IMG/VR virus record: IMGVR_UViG_3300044641_005651
Direction: 5' to 3' (one strand)
DNA: 60,574 bases
Source of the DNA: an uncultured virus (IMG/VR IMGVR_UViG_3300044641_005651)
Taxonomy: Duplodnaviria > Heunggongvirae > Uroviricota > Caudoviricetes
Part shown: in pieces, positions 8,958 through 18,342 of the stretch
Layout: every line of letters starts with the position of its first letter
Numbering within the stretch: the stretch's first letter is position 1
Translations under genes and position numbers: made by a program
Notes under the pieces: generated by a model
Told to the model about the DNA's origin: nothing
What the model saw: only the letters and a program-made list of their open reading frames with translations
Database searches by the model: none

Positions 8958-11084
8958 ATGATTGCACCAGGCACAAAGCCAGTTCACTTTTATCTTAGTG
9001 AAAAATTCAAAAAAGACTTAAAAGCAGCTACAGAACAGTGGGGTTTCGGAGGTCTATCCGCCTTTACTTTCTATAGAACATACTCTAGAAAGAAAGCAAA
9101 CGGAACCATGGAAACATGGGCAGACTGCGTTATCAGAGTAATAGAAGGAATGTTTACCATTCTTAAGACTCACGCTAAGCTATCACACATTCCTTGGAAT
9201 GATAAAAAGGCTGCAAAGCACGCTGAAGAAGCTGCTACTCGTATGTTTGAATTTAAATGGCTACCACCTGGACGCGGTCTATGGATGATGGGAACTCCCT
9301 TTGTGTGGGAAAAAGGCGGTGCCTGCTTAAATAACTGTGCATTCGTTTCCACCGAGAATATCGAAACCGAGCTATCTAAGCCTTTCGCATTCCTGATGGA
9401 TATGTCAATGGTTGGAGTAGGTGTAGGATTTGATACTAAGGGCGCTGATAGACTACCTGTCAACATGCCATCTGGAAAGACTGTAGAGACCGTAGTAGTA
9501 GACGATTCAAGAGAAGGATGGGTAGAAGCTATCTCTTGCCTAATCGATTCATATCTTGAGCCGGATTCTAATCCAGTAGAGATTAATACATCTCTAGTTC
9601 GTCCATACGGAGATCCTATTGCCGGATTTGGTGGAGTAGCTTCTGGACCTGAACCTCTAGAACAAGGCTTCTATGGTATTCGCGATGTTCTTGAAAAGAG
9701 AGCCATGAGCGATGATAATCTACTATCTTCTACAGATATAGTAGATATTATGAACCTAATTGGTAAAATAGTAGTCGCTGGAAATGTTCGCAGAACAGCA
9801 GAGATCGCCTTTGCAGAGCCTGACGATCAAGACTTTATTGAGATGAAGCGTTGGGATAAGTTTGGAGTAGAGACTGGCAGTATCGCTCCACCAGAGCTAA
9901 AAGCTATATCAGAAGAAGAATACGAGAGATACAATAATGACTGGAATGCACGTGGTGAAATCGCTAAGAAATATGCTAACTATGAATGGTCTTATAAATT
10001 TGGGGGTTGGCGTTGGGCTTCTAATAATTCTCTTTTTGCCTATGTTGGAATGGATTATACTGATGCGGCTAAGAGTATTGCAGTAAATGGTGAGCCAGGT
10101 TTTGCTTGGCTTGACAATATGCAAAAATATGGTCGTATGAAAGACGGAGTTAACAATAAAGACTACCGAGTTCGTGGTGGTAATCCTTGCCTCGAGCAGA
10201 GTCTTGAGCCATATGAACTATGCTGTCTAGTAGAAAATTTCCCTGCTAAGCACAAAGATTACTGGGATTTCCAAAGAACCTTGAAGTTCTCTTATATGTA
10301 TGCTAAGACAGTAACCTTAATGGCTACACACTGGTCAGAGACTAATGCTGTTATTACTCGCAACCGTAGAATTGGTTGCTCTCAGAGTGGTATTCAAACA
10401 GCAATGTTAAAGTTTGGTAGACACAAGTATTTCGATCAGTTCTGCGACAGAGCCTATACATATATTCAATATGTAGATCAGAAATATGCTGAATGGCTTG
10501 GTGTTCCAAAGAGTATAAAAACTACTTCGGTAAAGCCATCTGGAACAGTATCTCTAGTAGCAGGCGAGCTACCAGGCATTCACTACGCCGAAAGCGAGAA
10601 CTATTATAGAACAGTTCGAGTAGCTGCAAACTCTCCATTCGTACCACTCTTACAAGAAGCAGGTTACAGAATTGAGCCTGCAGTATCAGATCCTACTAGA
10701 ACAGTCGTAGTATATTTCCCTGTTCTACTAAGAGAAGGAACTATTTCTAATAAGAATATCTCAATCTGGGAACAGTTTGCAAACGCAGTAGATATGCAAC
10801 ACTATTGGGCAGACAATCAAGTATCTATTACTATTACGTTTAATCAGTCAGAAGCTGATCAGATTGCAAGAGCCCTATCTGCATTTGATAACAGGCTAAA
10901 GGGAGTATCTCTTCTACCAGTATCAGATCACGGATACGCTCAAGCTCCTTACACTACTGCACCTAAGGATGAGTTAGAGAAGTATGCGGCTACACTAAAG
11001 CCAATTAACTTCGATAGCCTAACCAAAGAAGGCGATAACGCAGATGCTAATAAGTTCTGCGATGGAGATAGTTGCGTAATATGA
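8958..11084 (+). CDS. nrdJ: Class II adenosylcobalamin-dependent ribonucleotide reductase (monomeric type)
   Basis: YRTYSR, PPGRGLW, NNCAF, VVAGNVRRTAE, GNPCLEQ, ELCCLVE, KPSGT, C-terminal CDGDSC. Confidence 0.93.
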   Translation: MIAPGTKPVHFYLSEKFKKDLKAATEQWGFGGLSAFTFYRTYSRKKANGTMETWADCVIRVIEGMFTILKTHAKLSHIPWNDKKAAKHAEEAATRMFEFKWLPPGRGLWMMGTPFVWEKGGACLNNCAFVSTENIETELSKPFAFLMDMSMVGVGVGFDTKGADRLPVNMPSGKTVETVVVDDSREGWVEAISCLIDSYLEPDSNPVEINTSLVRPYGDPIAGFGGVASGPEPLEQGFYGIRDVLEKRAMSDDNLLSSTDIVDIMNLIGKIVVAGNVRRTAEIAFAEPDDQDFIEMKRWDKFGVETGSIAPPELKAISEEEYERYNNDWNARGEIAKKYANYEWSYKFGGWRWASNNSLFAYVGMDYTDAAKSIAVNGEPGFAWLDNMQKYGRMKDGVNNKDYRVRGGNPCLEQSLEPYELCCLVENFPAKHKDYWDFQRTLKFSYMYAKTVTLMATHWSETNAVITRNRRIGCSQSGIQTAMLKFGRHKYFDQFCDRAYTYIQYVDQKYAEWLGVPKSIKTTSVKPSGTVSLVAGELPGIHYAESENYYRTVRVAANSPFVPLLQEAGYRIEPAVSDPTRTVVVYFPVLLREGTISNKNISIWEQFANAVDMQHYWADNQVSITITFNQSEADQIARALSAFDNRLKGVSLLPVSDHGYAQAPYTTAPKDELEKYAATLKPINFDSLTKEGDNADANKFCDGDSCVI

Positions 11085-11308
11085 AAATCGTAGTATATGG
11101 AAAGGACAATTGTCCATACTGTGTAGCCGCTAAGGAGTGGTTAAACGCTAGGTGTCTAGCGTTTAACTACGTTGATGTGCTAAAAGACCTTAATCCTGGA
11201 GAACTAGCATCCTTAAAAACACAGTATAAAATGAATACAGTTCCGATCGTTGTAATTAACGACGAACTGATCGGTGGATATTCTAACTTACAAAGGTTAG
11301 AACTATAA
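11081..11308 (+). CDS. Glutaredoxin
   Basis: CPYC, TVP, IGGY; ATGA overlap with the nrdJ stop. Confidence 0.92.
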   Translation: MKIVVYGKDNCPYCVAAKEWLNARCLAFNYVDVLKDLNPGELASLKTQYKMNTVPIVVINDELIGGYSNLQRLEL

Positions 11309-11327
11309 GAAAGAGAGACCACATGAA

Positions 11328-11774
11328 GTGGCTAGTAAAAGTAAAACAAAAGGCTCTGCTTTTGAAGCTAAAATTAGAGACATTCTTACAGAAGAACTGA
11401 ATATAAAATTTGAAAGGATGCCGTTAAGTGGGTCCATATCTTACCTAAAAGGTGATTTATGGGTTCCATCTGATACGGCATCTTTTCCTTATACAATAGA
11501 ATGTAAACATTATGCAGAGTTGGAGTTTAATAACTTACTTACTGCTAAGACTACCGACATACTAGAATTCTGGAAACAGGCTATGGAAGAAGCTAAGGTA
11601 ATGAATAAAAAACCTTTACTTATCTTTAGATGGAATAGAAGTAAAGATTTTATATGTTGGGATTCAGATATAGAGCTAGAGCACCAAATAGAATATAAAG
11701 TATTTGGTTATAAGTTTAAGATGGGTCTTTTATCTGATTGGCTAGATAAGTTTAAACTTACTAAAGCTTCTTGA
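11328..11774 (+). CDS. D14: Holliday junction resolvase-like PD-(D/E)xK nuclease (T5 D14-like)
   Basis: KGSAFE, RMPLSG, KGD, IECKH. Confidence 0.85.
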   Translation: MASKSKTKGSAFEAKIRDILTEELNIKFERMPLSGSISYLKGDLWVPSDTASFPYTIECKHYAELEFNNLLTAKTTDILEFWKQAMEEAKVMNKKPLLIFRWNRSKDFICWDSDIELEHQIEYKVFGYKFKMGLLSDWLDKFKLTKAS

Positions 11775-11799
11775 CCTGACTACAATAATACGGTATAAT
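11771..11799 (+). promoter_or_regulatory. Sigma70-type promoter for the D15-dut-thyX unit
   Basis: TTGACC(11771)-17 bp-TATAAT(11794). Confidence 0.75.
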
Positions 11800-11805
11800 A
11801 TACAA

Positions 11806-12687
11806 ATGATGGAACAAGATACAAAAGGTTGGAATGATCTTTCAGAATTAGAATCATACATTCCTCAAAAACCTGTTGTAAGTGGAAAAAATATACTTAT
11901 TTGCGATGGCAATAACTTAGGGTATAGATACTTACAGCGAAGAAATTACAATAACTTCAAGGATGATTATTGCAGAACAGTAGAGAGCCTAGCTAAAAGC
12001 TACGGCTGCAAGGATATTATAGTAGCCTTTGATTTTGGTAAAAGCTATTATCGAACTAACTTTTATCCTGAGTATAAAGCTACTCGTAAAAAGCCTCAAG
12101 ACGAAAAAGAGAAAGAGCACTACGATCAGTTTTTTGCTTGTCTAAACGACGTAGCAGATACTATACCTTTCTCAGTAACTAAGTTTAGAGGAGTAGAAGC
12201 AGACGATCTGATAACCTATGCTGTTCTAAAAAATAGAAACACAGCAGATCATATTTGGGTTATTTCTAGCGATAGAGACATATATCAACTCCTAGACAAG
12301 AATATCAGCATTTTCAATATTTTCTCTAGAAAAGAGATTACCGTAGATTCTCTATATGAAAAACTACAAGTAACTCCTAAAGAGTATATGATATCTAGAA
12401 TTATCTCTGGAGATAGTGGAGATAATATCGTAGGTATTGAAGGTATAGGCGAAAAGCGTGCTACTGCTATAGCTAGAGAGCATAAAACTTTTACTGCTCT
12501 ACTAGAGGCCTTACCACTAAAAGGTAGATCTAAGTATATTCAAAATCTAAACGTAGGCAAAGATATACTAATTCGTAATGAGAAGTTAATTAACCTTATC
12601 AAATACAATGAAGAAGCTATCCTATCAGGAAAAGGCGAAGAGATAAATTTGGAGACGTTAAATGCAATCACAACCTTTAACCATTAA
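11806..12687 (+). CDS. D15: 5'-3' exonuclease / flap endonuclease (T5 D15-like)
   Basis: DGNNL, YPEYKATR, EADD, SSDRD, GDSGDNIVGIEGIGEKRA. Confidence 0.94.
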   Translation: MMEQDTKGWNDLSELESYIPQKPVVSGKNILICDGNNLGYRYLQRRNYNNFKDDYCRTVESLAKSYGCKDIIVAFDFGKSYYRTNFYPEYKATRKKPQDEKEKEHYDQFFACLNDVADTIPFSVTKFRGVEADDLITYAVLKNRNTADHIWVISSDRDIYQLLDKNISIFNIFSRKEITVDSLYEKLQVTPKEYMISRIISGDSGDNIVGIEGIGEKRATAIAREHKTFTALLEALPLKGRSKYIQNLNVGKDILIRNEKLINLIKYNEEAILSGKGEEINLETLNAITTFNH

Positions 12688-13141
12688 TGTTAAGGTAGAA
12701 AAAACCGGCAAGGCTCACGTCTTGGAGAAGAAGCTAGACATTAGTTGGGATATCGCTAGACATTTCGATTTTGATGCTGGATATGACGTTAGAGCCGCTA
12801 TCTACGAACCTTTAACTATATTTAGTAGAAAGTTTGAAGTAATTCCTATAGGTCTGAAATTTGAAATTCAAGATCCTTATTGGGAGATACAAGTCAGATC
12901 CAGAAGTGGCTTAGCGGCTAAACATGGCGTATTCGTACTGAACAGCCCTGGAACTGTAGATTATGGATATAGACAAGAGGTTCAAGTAATTCTATTTAAT
13001 AACGGAAGTAAGGATTTCGTAGTGAATCCGGGAGATAGAATTGCACAGATGTGTGTAAGACCTGTTCCTCAAGTATCTTTCACCTACGGACAGGTAGAAG
13101 AAACTATACGTGGAGGATTTGGTAGCTCCGGTGTATCCTAA
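12662..13141 (+). CDS. dut: Trimeric dUTPase
   Basis: AGYD, RSRSGLA, GTVDYGYR, GDRIAQ, RGGFGSSG. Confidence 0.95.
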   Translation: MQSQPLTINVKVEKTGKAHVLEKKLDISWDIARHFDFDAGYDVRAAIYEPLTIFSRKFEVIPIGLKFEIQDPYWEIQVRSRSGLAAKHGVFVLNSPGTVDYGYRQEVQVILFNNGSKDFVVNPGDRIAQMCVRPVPQVSFTYGQVEETIRGGFGSSGVS

Positions 13142-13319
13142 TAAATATTTTGATTGGTTCTTATTAGTAATAAGTATATCAATGACCATATTTGTGTATG
13201 TTGCACATGGGCCATATTTCTACTTATTTATGAGCCTAGTATATATCGTAACAATGTTTTTACTAATCAAAGCCTTGTTCGATTTTAATAATAGAATGAA
13301 AAGGTGGTTAAAATTCTAA
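13110..13319 (+). CDS. Small two-TM membrane protein
   Basis: Two hydrophobic segments and a basic C-terminus; TAATG coupling to thyX. Confidence 0.6.
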   Translation: MEDLVAPVYPNKYFDWFLLVISISMTIFVYVAHGPYFYLFMSLVYIVTMFLLIKALFDFNNRMKRWLKF

Positions 13320-13999
13320 TGATTGTTAGACTAATAAGTTACTCTCAACCTACCGACGAACTATATAATCAAGGTATAGTAGATGCTCAGGAATTAGTTG
13401 CATATTGCGCTAGAGTATCTAATCCTACAAATCAATTTAATACCGAAACTAGTGAAAAACTTATCAGATATCTCATTAAGAATAAGCACTGGTCGCCTTT
13501 AGAGATGGTAAATGTATGCCTAGAGGTTGAAACTACTAGAGACATAGCTCATCAAATAATTCGTCATAAGAGTTATGCCTTTCAAGAGTTCTCACAAAGA
13601 TATGCAGAACCTAAAGAACTAGGAAATATGTTTGAATTTAGGGAAACTAGATTTCAAGATACTAAGAATAGGCAAAAATCTATAGACCTAGATCCTGCAG
13701 ACCCTAGCCAAGTAGACATAGATAAAACTTGGCAAGAATATCAACGAGCTATTGCATACTTAGCTGGAGAATATTATAAGTGGGCTGTAAGCAATGGAAT
13801 TGCTAAGGAGCAAGCTAGAGCAATACTTCCAGAAGGTTTAACTAAAACTAGACTATATATGAATGGAAGTCTACGTAGTTGGATACATTATATAGAATTG
13901 CGTAGTGATAATGGAACCCAAAAAGAGCATATGTTAATTGCTAAAGAATGTGCTAAAGTAATTAATCAAGTCTTTCCAATGATGAAAACCCCGGAATAA
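13319..13999 (+). CDS. thyX: FAD-dependent thymidylate synthase
   Basis: HWSPLE, RHKSYAFQEFSQRY (ThyX motif), KEQARAILP, TQKEH; ATG at 13319 preferred over GTG at 13304. Confidence 0.94.
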   Translation: MIVRLISYSQPTDELYNQGIVDAQELVAYCARVSNPTNQFNTETSEKLIRYLIKNKHWSPLEMVNVCLEVETTRDIAHQIIRHKSYAFQEFSQRYAEPKELGNMFEFRETRFQDTKNRQKSIDLDPADPSQVDIDKTWQEYQRAIAYLAGEYYKWAVSNGIAKEQARAILPEGLTKTRLYMNGSLRSWIHYIELRSDNGTQKEHMLIAKECAKVINQVFPMMKTPE

Positions 14000-14015
14000 C
14001 TTCCGGGGTTTTTTT
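13985..14015. terminator. Bidirectional intrinsic terminator between convergent early and late blocks
   Basis: aaaaccccggaa-taac-ttccggggtttt followed by further T; A-tract on the left. Confidence 0.88.
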
Positions 14016-14268
14016 ATTTAGTCTTCTTTTTAGACCTAATATTTTTAGCAGGTTTAGGCAATTTATTAGACGATGTAGATTCCACAGAACCCATTGGTAA
14101 TCCTAGAGTCGGTTTACCGCTAAGTCTGTAATAAGTGCTATCAACTTTAAATTGCTGACCATACTGTTTAGGAACGGTTGGATGGTTCTTACCGTAATCC
14201 AATCCGCCATGTGGGTATGGATGGCCTTCTAATTTAACTTTAGGTTTCTTTATTTTTTTGGTAGCCAT
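14014..14268 (-). CDS. Small Lys-rich protein
   Basis: 84 aa, basic termini, motif TYYRLSGKPTLGLPMG. Confidence 0.75.
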   Translation of the reverse strand: MATKKIKKPKVKLEGHPYPHGGLDYGKNHPTVPKQYGQQFKVDSTYYRLSGKPTLGLPMGSVESTSSNKLPKPAKNIRSKKKTK

Positions 14269-14269
14269 T

Positions 14270-14479
14270 TTACTTAGAACTATTTACTGGCTTTTCTTGG
14301 CCATAGTCTAAATGTCTTCTAGATTTATCGGTTTTTACACCTGCATTAATGCCGTTATATGTAGGTTTAAGAGTATCATTAACCTCATCGACATCGCGTC
14401 CAGTAACATTTCCGTAAGTGCTACGGTTAGCCATAATTCTACCAGACCCTAACGGTTTCGCCATATTAGTTTCTCGCAC
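14270..14479 (-). CDS. Small hydrophilic protein (start probably at the MAKPLG ATG)
   Basis: Tightly packed ORF in the small-gene cluster. Confidence 0.65.
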   Translation of the reverse strand: MRETNMAKPLGSGRIMANRSTYGNVTGRDVDEVNDTLKPTYNGINAGVKTDKSRRHLDYGQEKPVNSSK

Positions 14480-14750
14480 TATTATTTGGAGCCATATTAG
14501 GAACGGTGATCTTCTTTAGAGGTGACCCTGAGTGAGAAGAAGCTGGTCTATCTGGTCCGCCCATTGGATTGCCAAGTGTTGGGCCGCCAGATACGCGATA
14601 ATATGTTTCTGCATTCTTTAGATCATACTTAGTTGTACCAGTAGCTGTTCCACTGCCTGGCTTGGTACTATTAGAATCTGTACCGCCTACAGGGGTTAGT
14701 TTATGCTTCATTAGCATTGGCTTACCGCTTGTTTCGTTATTCATGCCCAT
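14466..14750 (-). CDS. Small Gly/Thr/Pro-rich protein
   Basis: SD AAGGAG before ATG at 14750; motif TYYRVSGGPTLGNPMG. Confidence 0.75.
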   Translation of the reverse strand: MGMNNETSGKPMLMKHKLTPVGGTDSNSTKPGSGTATGTTKYDLKNAETYYRVSGGPTLGNPMGGPDRPASSHSGSPLKKITVPNMAPNNSARN

Positions 14751-14760
14751 GTTAATCTCC

Positions 14761-14880
14761 TTATTTCTTTGCACCCTGCTTCTTCATAATCATTTTCTGA
14801 AGTGCAGGAGGAAGTTTCTTTTGTTTAGCGGTTAGACCCGCATCTTTTTTCATTGTATCTTTTTTTGAAGCTTTTGCCAT
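14761..14880 (-). CDS. 39-aa Lys-rich protein missing from the ORF track
   Basis: Translated by hand: MAKASKKDTMKKDAGLTAKQKKLPPALQKMIMKKQGAKK; SD AAGGA; its stop overlaps the next gene's SD. Confidence 0.75.
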   Translation of the reverse strand: MAKASKKDTMKKDAGLTAKQKKLPPALQKMIMKKQGAKK

Positions 14881-14930
14881 TTTAGATTTCCTTATAGTTG
14901 AGCTCTCTTGAAGAAAACTAGGAGCTATAC

Positions 14931-15239
14931 TCATTTTTTTACAATATCATCTAGCTTTATTTCAAGCTGCATTTCTTCTTGCTCTGACATTTCGTCTGAC
15001 TCTTCTGAGTCCTCTTCTTCACTTTCTGAATTAGCTGATTCCATCTCTTGATTAGAAAATTTCATATAGCTATAAACAGCACTGACATAGTAGTCTAGTT
15101 TAGAGAATTTATCTTGAAGCCAAGCAGGTAATTGTTGTTCATCTTTTATCATAGGAAGAAGTTCTTGAGAAAATACAATAAGTTTTCTTAGTGTATTTTT
15201 AGCCATTTCTCCTTCATAATCATATTCTTTATTTTTCAT
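14931..15239 (-). CDS. Small protein with acidic tail, possibly internal virion protein
   Basis: [24 protein letters not shown] resembles a domain recalled from aquatic phage proteins. Confidence 0.7.
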   Translation of the reverse strand: MKNKEYDYEGEMAKNTLRKLIVFSQELLPMIKDEQQLPAWLQDKFSKLDYYVSAVYSYMKFSNQEMESANSESEEEDSEESDEMSEQEEMQLEIKLDDIVKK

Positions 15240-15382
15240 TTTTTAGCCTTCTTAGGTTTATTAGACTTACCTGCACTAGATAAAGCAATGGCTACTGCTT
15301 GTTTTTGCGGGTAGCCTTCTTTTACCATTTTACTTATGTTTGAAGAAATTGTTTTTTGTGACTTACCTTTTTTTAGTGGCAT
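15236..15382 (-). CDS. 48-aa basic phage protein missing from the ORF track
   Basis: [60 protein letters not shown] overlap; QAVAIALS family is common in phages. Confidence 0.85.
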   Translation of the reverse strand: MPLKKGKSQKTISSNISKMVKEGYPQKQAVAIALSSAGKSNKPKKAKK

Positions 15383-15395
15383 ATTAACTCCTTAT

Positions 15396-15424
15396 ATTCT
15401 ATATAACTGAATGTTTTTTGACAA
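15396..15424 (-). promoter_or_regulatory. Sigma70-type promoter for the small-gene cluster
   Basis: Minus strand TTGTCA-17 bp-TAGAAT with AT-rich upstream. Confidence 0.65.
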
Positions 15425-15435
15425 AGTTAATTTTA

Positions 15436-17412
15436 TTAATTTGTGAAAGCTCTTATTAATACTCGTAGTCCAGCAGGCACTGAGCTGTCAGTATACTGTA
15501 TTGTATCATTCGCTATGTTGTAGACAAAATCTACTCCATTAACTTGATCGATTCCGTTAAGAGAGCTGTATACATAGCTTAAGCTAGCAGGACTATTTGC
15601 GCTTACTCTAACAAAGAAGCAATTGCTAGTTCCGGAGCTTACATTAGTATTATATCTAGGTTGAAGATTTAACCCCAAAGCGCCATCTACATAGGCTTTA
15701 GTAGCAGCATTACTAGCACTAGTAGGAGGTCCAGACAGAGTTAGTTCACCCGTCATAGTATCTCCTGCTTTAGATACCTTAGCGTTTACGTTACTTTGAA
15801 CGGAGTTCAAATTAGCGTTTAAACTGGTATAAGTATTAAAATCATTAGCTAAAGCAGCTAAATATGTAGTATAATCATTACCTCTAGCAGAAAGTAGAGT
15901 AGCTCCATCATTGGCTAAGGCAGCTAAATATGTTACGTGGTCATTCTGACGAGCCGTTAAGAGTGTGGCTCCGTCATTGGCTAAGGCAGCTAAATATGTT
16001 ACGTGGTCATTCTGACGAGCCGTTAAGAGTGTGGCTCCGTCATTGGCTAAGGCAGCTAAATACGTTACGTGGTCATTCTGACGAGCAGAAAGTAGAGTAG
16101 CTCCATCATTTGCAGCTAATGTAGAATAAGTATTCCAGTCATTACTACGCGCAGTTAGTAAGGTAGCTCCATCATTAGCGGCTAAAGTAGAATATGTAGA
16201 CCAATCATTAGCTTGATAGTCTCTAGTTCTAGCTATGTCATCAGCTGATGTTAAAGTACCTACTCCAACTCTAAACTTAGAGACAGATGCAGAAGCATAA
16301 ATTAAATTAGCTAATAATGCGCTACTAGTTCCTGCTACTTGAATACCAGAGCCTTCAGCCAATGCATCTGTGCTATTCCAATTTATAATTATAGTTTTAT
16401 CTTCGGTAGAGATATTTGATACATTTGCAGTAACGCTATCTCCTAGTATAAATAAATTACCTTCGATTACTAAATCTCTAGCAAAAGTTTTATTACTTGT
16501 AAATTTTACTGTAGAATCATTGATAATAGCATTGTAAGTATTATAATCATTACTTCTTGCAGTTAATAAAGTAGAATGATCGTTACCTTGCGCACTATTC
16601 CACGTTGCAAGGTCATTAGCACGCGCGCTCAATAAGGTAGAGTGATCATTGCCTTGCGCGCTATTCCATGTTGCAAGGTCATTAGCACGCGCAGATAAAA
16701 GAGTAGAGTGATCATTGCCCTGTGCGCTATTCCACGTTGTAAGGTCATTAGCACGCGCGGATAGAAGAGTAGAGTGATCGTTACCACGTGCTGTGGCTAA
16801 AGTAACTCCATCGTTTGCTTGAGCAGCTAGATAAGTATTATAGTCATTAGCAGCAATTTGTAGATAAGTATTATAATCATTAGCAAAATACCAATTATTA
16901 GCAGTTGCTACGTTAGCCACAGCGTTAGGAGAAGCACTTAAATTCAAAATATCTAAGTTACTTGCTAAAAGAACATCTGCGCCTGCAAAAATACCACCTC
17001 TAACGTTTAATATATAAGTATTAGATGTGGGTAATATATTAGAAGTAGTTCTTCCAATACTAATACTGTTACTAGAGATTAATAAACCAGGTCCGCCAGC
17101 AGTTGATTCTATGCTAAATACATTTTCTGGTCTAGTTAGAACTGTTCTGGAATATACTCCATATTTGAAGAGCTCAATATCATTTACAAAATAATTAGTA
17201 ATTGAAAATTTACTATTGGCAGTATAGCCATAAGCATTAGCGTTTGAATCAAACCAGCTATAGAAACTGCCTACATTAGCAGAATTAACACTGATATTAG
17301 AGAATATATTTGACCCGGCTAGATGTCTAGATTCAATAGCAGCATTAGCTATTTGAGAAGAACCAATTACATTACTTCCAATTACTGAACTTGTTATTTT
17401 AGTTAATGCCAT
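15436..17412 (-). CDS. Tail fibre-like protein with 11/22-residue ND repeats
   Basis: MALTKITSSVI N-terminus, two repeat stalks, KAGDTMTG and AATKAYVD fibre motifs. Confidence 0.75.
   Translation of the reverse strand: MALTKITSSVIGSNVIGSSQIANAAIESRHLAGSNIFSNISVNSANVGSFYSWFDSNANAYGYTANSKFSITNYFVNDIELFKYGVYSRTVLTRPENVFSIESTAGGPGLLISSNSISIGRTTSNILPTSNTYILNVRGGIFAGADVLLASNLDILNLSASPNAVANVATANNWYFANDYNTYLQIAANDYNTYLAAQANDGVTLATARGNDHSTLLSARANDLTTWNSAQGNDHSTLLSARANDLATWNSAQGNDHSTLLSARANDLATWNSAQGNDHSTLLTARSNDYNTYNAIINDSTVKFTSNKTFARDLVIEGNLFILGDSVTANVSNISTEDKTIIINWNSTDALAEGSGIQVAGTSSALLANLIYASASVSKFRVGVGTLTSADDIARTRDYQANDWSTYSTLAANDGATLLTARSNDWNTYSTLAANDGATLLSARQNDHVTYLAALANDGATLLTARQNDHVTYLAALANDGATLLTARQNDHVTYLAALANDGATLLSARGNDYTTYLAALANDFNTYTSLNANLNSVQSNVNAKVSKAGDTMTGELTLSGPPTSASNAATKAYVDGALGLNLQPRYNTNVSSGTSNCFFVRVSANSPASLSYVYSSLNGIDQVNGVDFVYNIANDTIQYTDSSVPAGLRVLIRAFTN
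15903..16100 (-). repeat. 66-bp coding tandem repeat (x3)
   Basis: Encodes ATLL(T/S)ARQNDHVTYLAALANDG; nearly identical at DNA level. Confidence 0.9.
16571..16790 (-). repeat. 66-bp coding tandem repeat (x3+)
   Basis: Encodes GNDHSTLLSARANDL(A/T)TWNSAQ. Confidence 0.9.
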
Positions 17413-17421
17413 TGATTCTCC

Positions 17422-18339
17422 TTATCTAACATCGGGCAACATACTTCCGTACATATTAGTCCCATCAGATACAAATGAAAACATATCTCTTCTACTAGCT
17501 GTAGTAGTAAGAGTAGGAGCGACTCCTGCCGGCCATTTAAATACACTATTCCAGTTTAGAGTGCGACCGCCTACTCCGTCTTGTATAACATGAAGTATGT
17601 AAGTTCCTACTCTCATATTACCGGGAGCCGCAACAGTCCTATTACCTCCAAGAGTTACAGTCGCTACTTGTCCTAAAAATAGATCCCAAGATATAGTAGC
17701 CCCATCTGTAAGAGTCTGTGTAGAGGCGTTCGCATAAGCAGTATTATATGAACCATATACTGTAAGTTGATGGTTACTGCTAAGAGTAGTGCTACCTACA
17801 GTTAATTTACCATCGGTGTTAAATTTTAAGTTACCGCCTGTTGCTAATTTTGCATCAGTTATTGCAGAGTCTGCCACGATGGTAGAAGTTACAGAACCCG
17901 TCGGCGGCACTCCTACATCTACTATAAAAGGGCTACTGTTAGAATATTTCATATACATTCTAGCATTAGCAGCAGGTCCGCCCGTATATGTAGTGCTAAA
18001 GAATTCACCTATCTCATAAGTTCCTATATTAGCAACAGCATGTACTAAATCTTTTTCTATACGGTATCCTATACCGTATCTAGAAAGATTTTGTCCTAAA
18101 ACAGAATTTTTATTGAAAGTACTATCTACCTTATAAAGGGCTCCAGTTGTTGCATCTACATACAACATACCATTTGGAGGAGCGGTAGCTCCTCCTTCGT
18201 ATGTTATATTTGTAGAGTTAGGTATACCAGAACTATAAAAATTTTGTAATAAAGCAAACAGAGTTTCATTTATTTGAATTCTAGCAGTTCCTAAAGAGGT
18301 GCTCGATGTAGGCGTTGAAAATGTATTTGAACTTGGCAT
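17422..18339 (-). CDS. Tail fibre/adaptor protein
   Basis: C-terminal TLTDGATISWD..QDGVGGRTLNWNSVFKWPAGVAPTLT..D.FSF domain typical of phage fibre ends. Confidence 0.7.
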   Translation of the reverse strand: MPSSNTFSTPTSSTSLGTARIQINETLFALLQNFYSSGIPNSTNITYEGGATAPPNGMLYVDATTGALYKVDSTFNKNSVLGQNLSRYGIGYRIEKDLVHAVANIGTYEIGEFFSTTYTGGPAANARMYMKYSNSSPFIVDVGVPPTGSVTSTIVADSAITDAKLATGGNLKFNTDGKLTVGSTTLSSNHQLTVYGSYNTAYANASTQTLTDGATISWDLFLGQVATVTLGGNRTVAAPGNMRVGTYILHVIQDGVGGRTLNWNSVFKWPAGVAPTLTTTASRRDMFSFVSDGTNMYGSMLPDVR

Positions 18340-18342
18340 TAC

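Noticed and set aside
15830..16900. Diversity-generating retroelement TR/VR pair
   Set aside because: Repeats are tandem and in frame, differences are not adenine-specific, and no reverse transcriptase is present.
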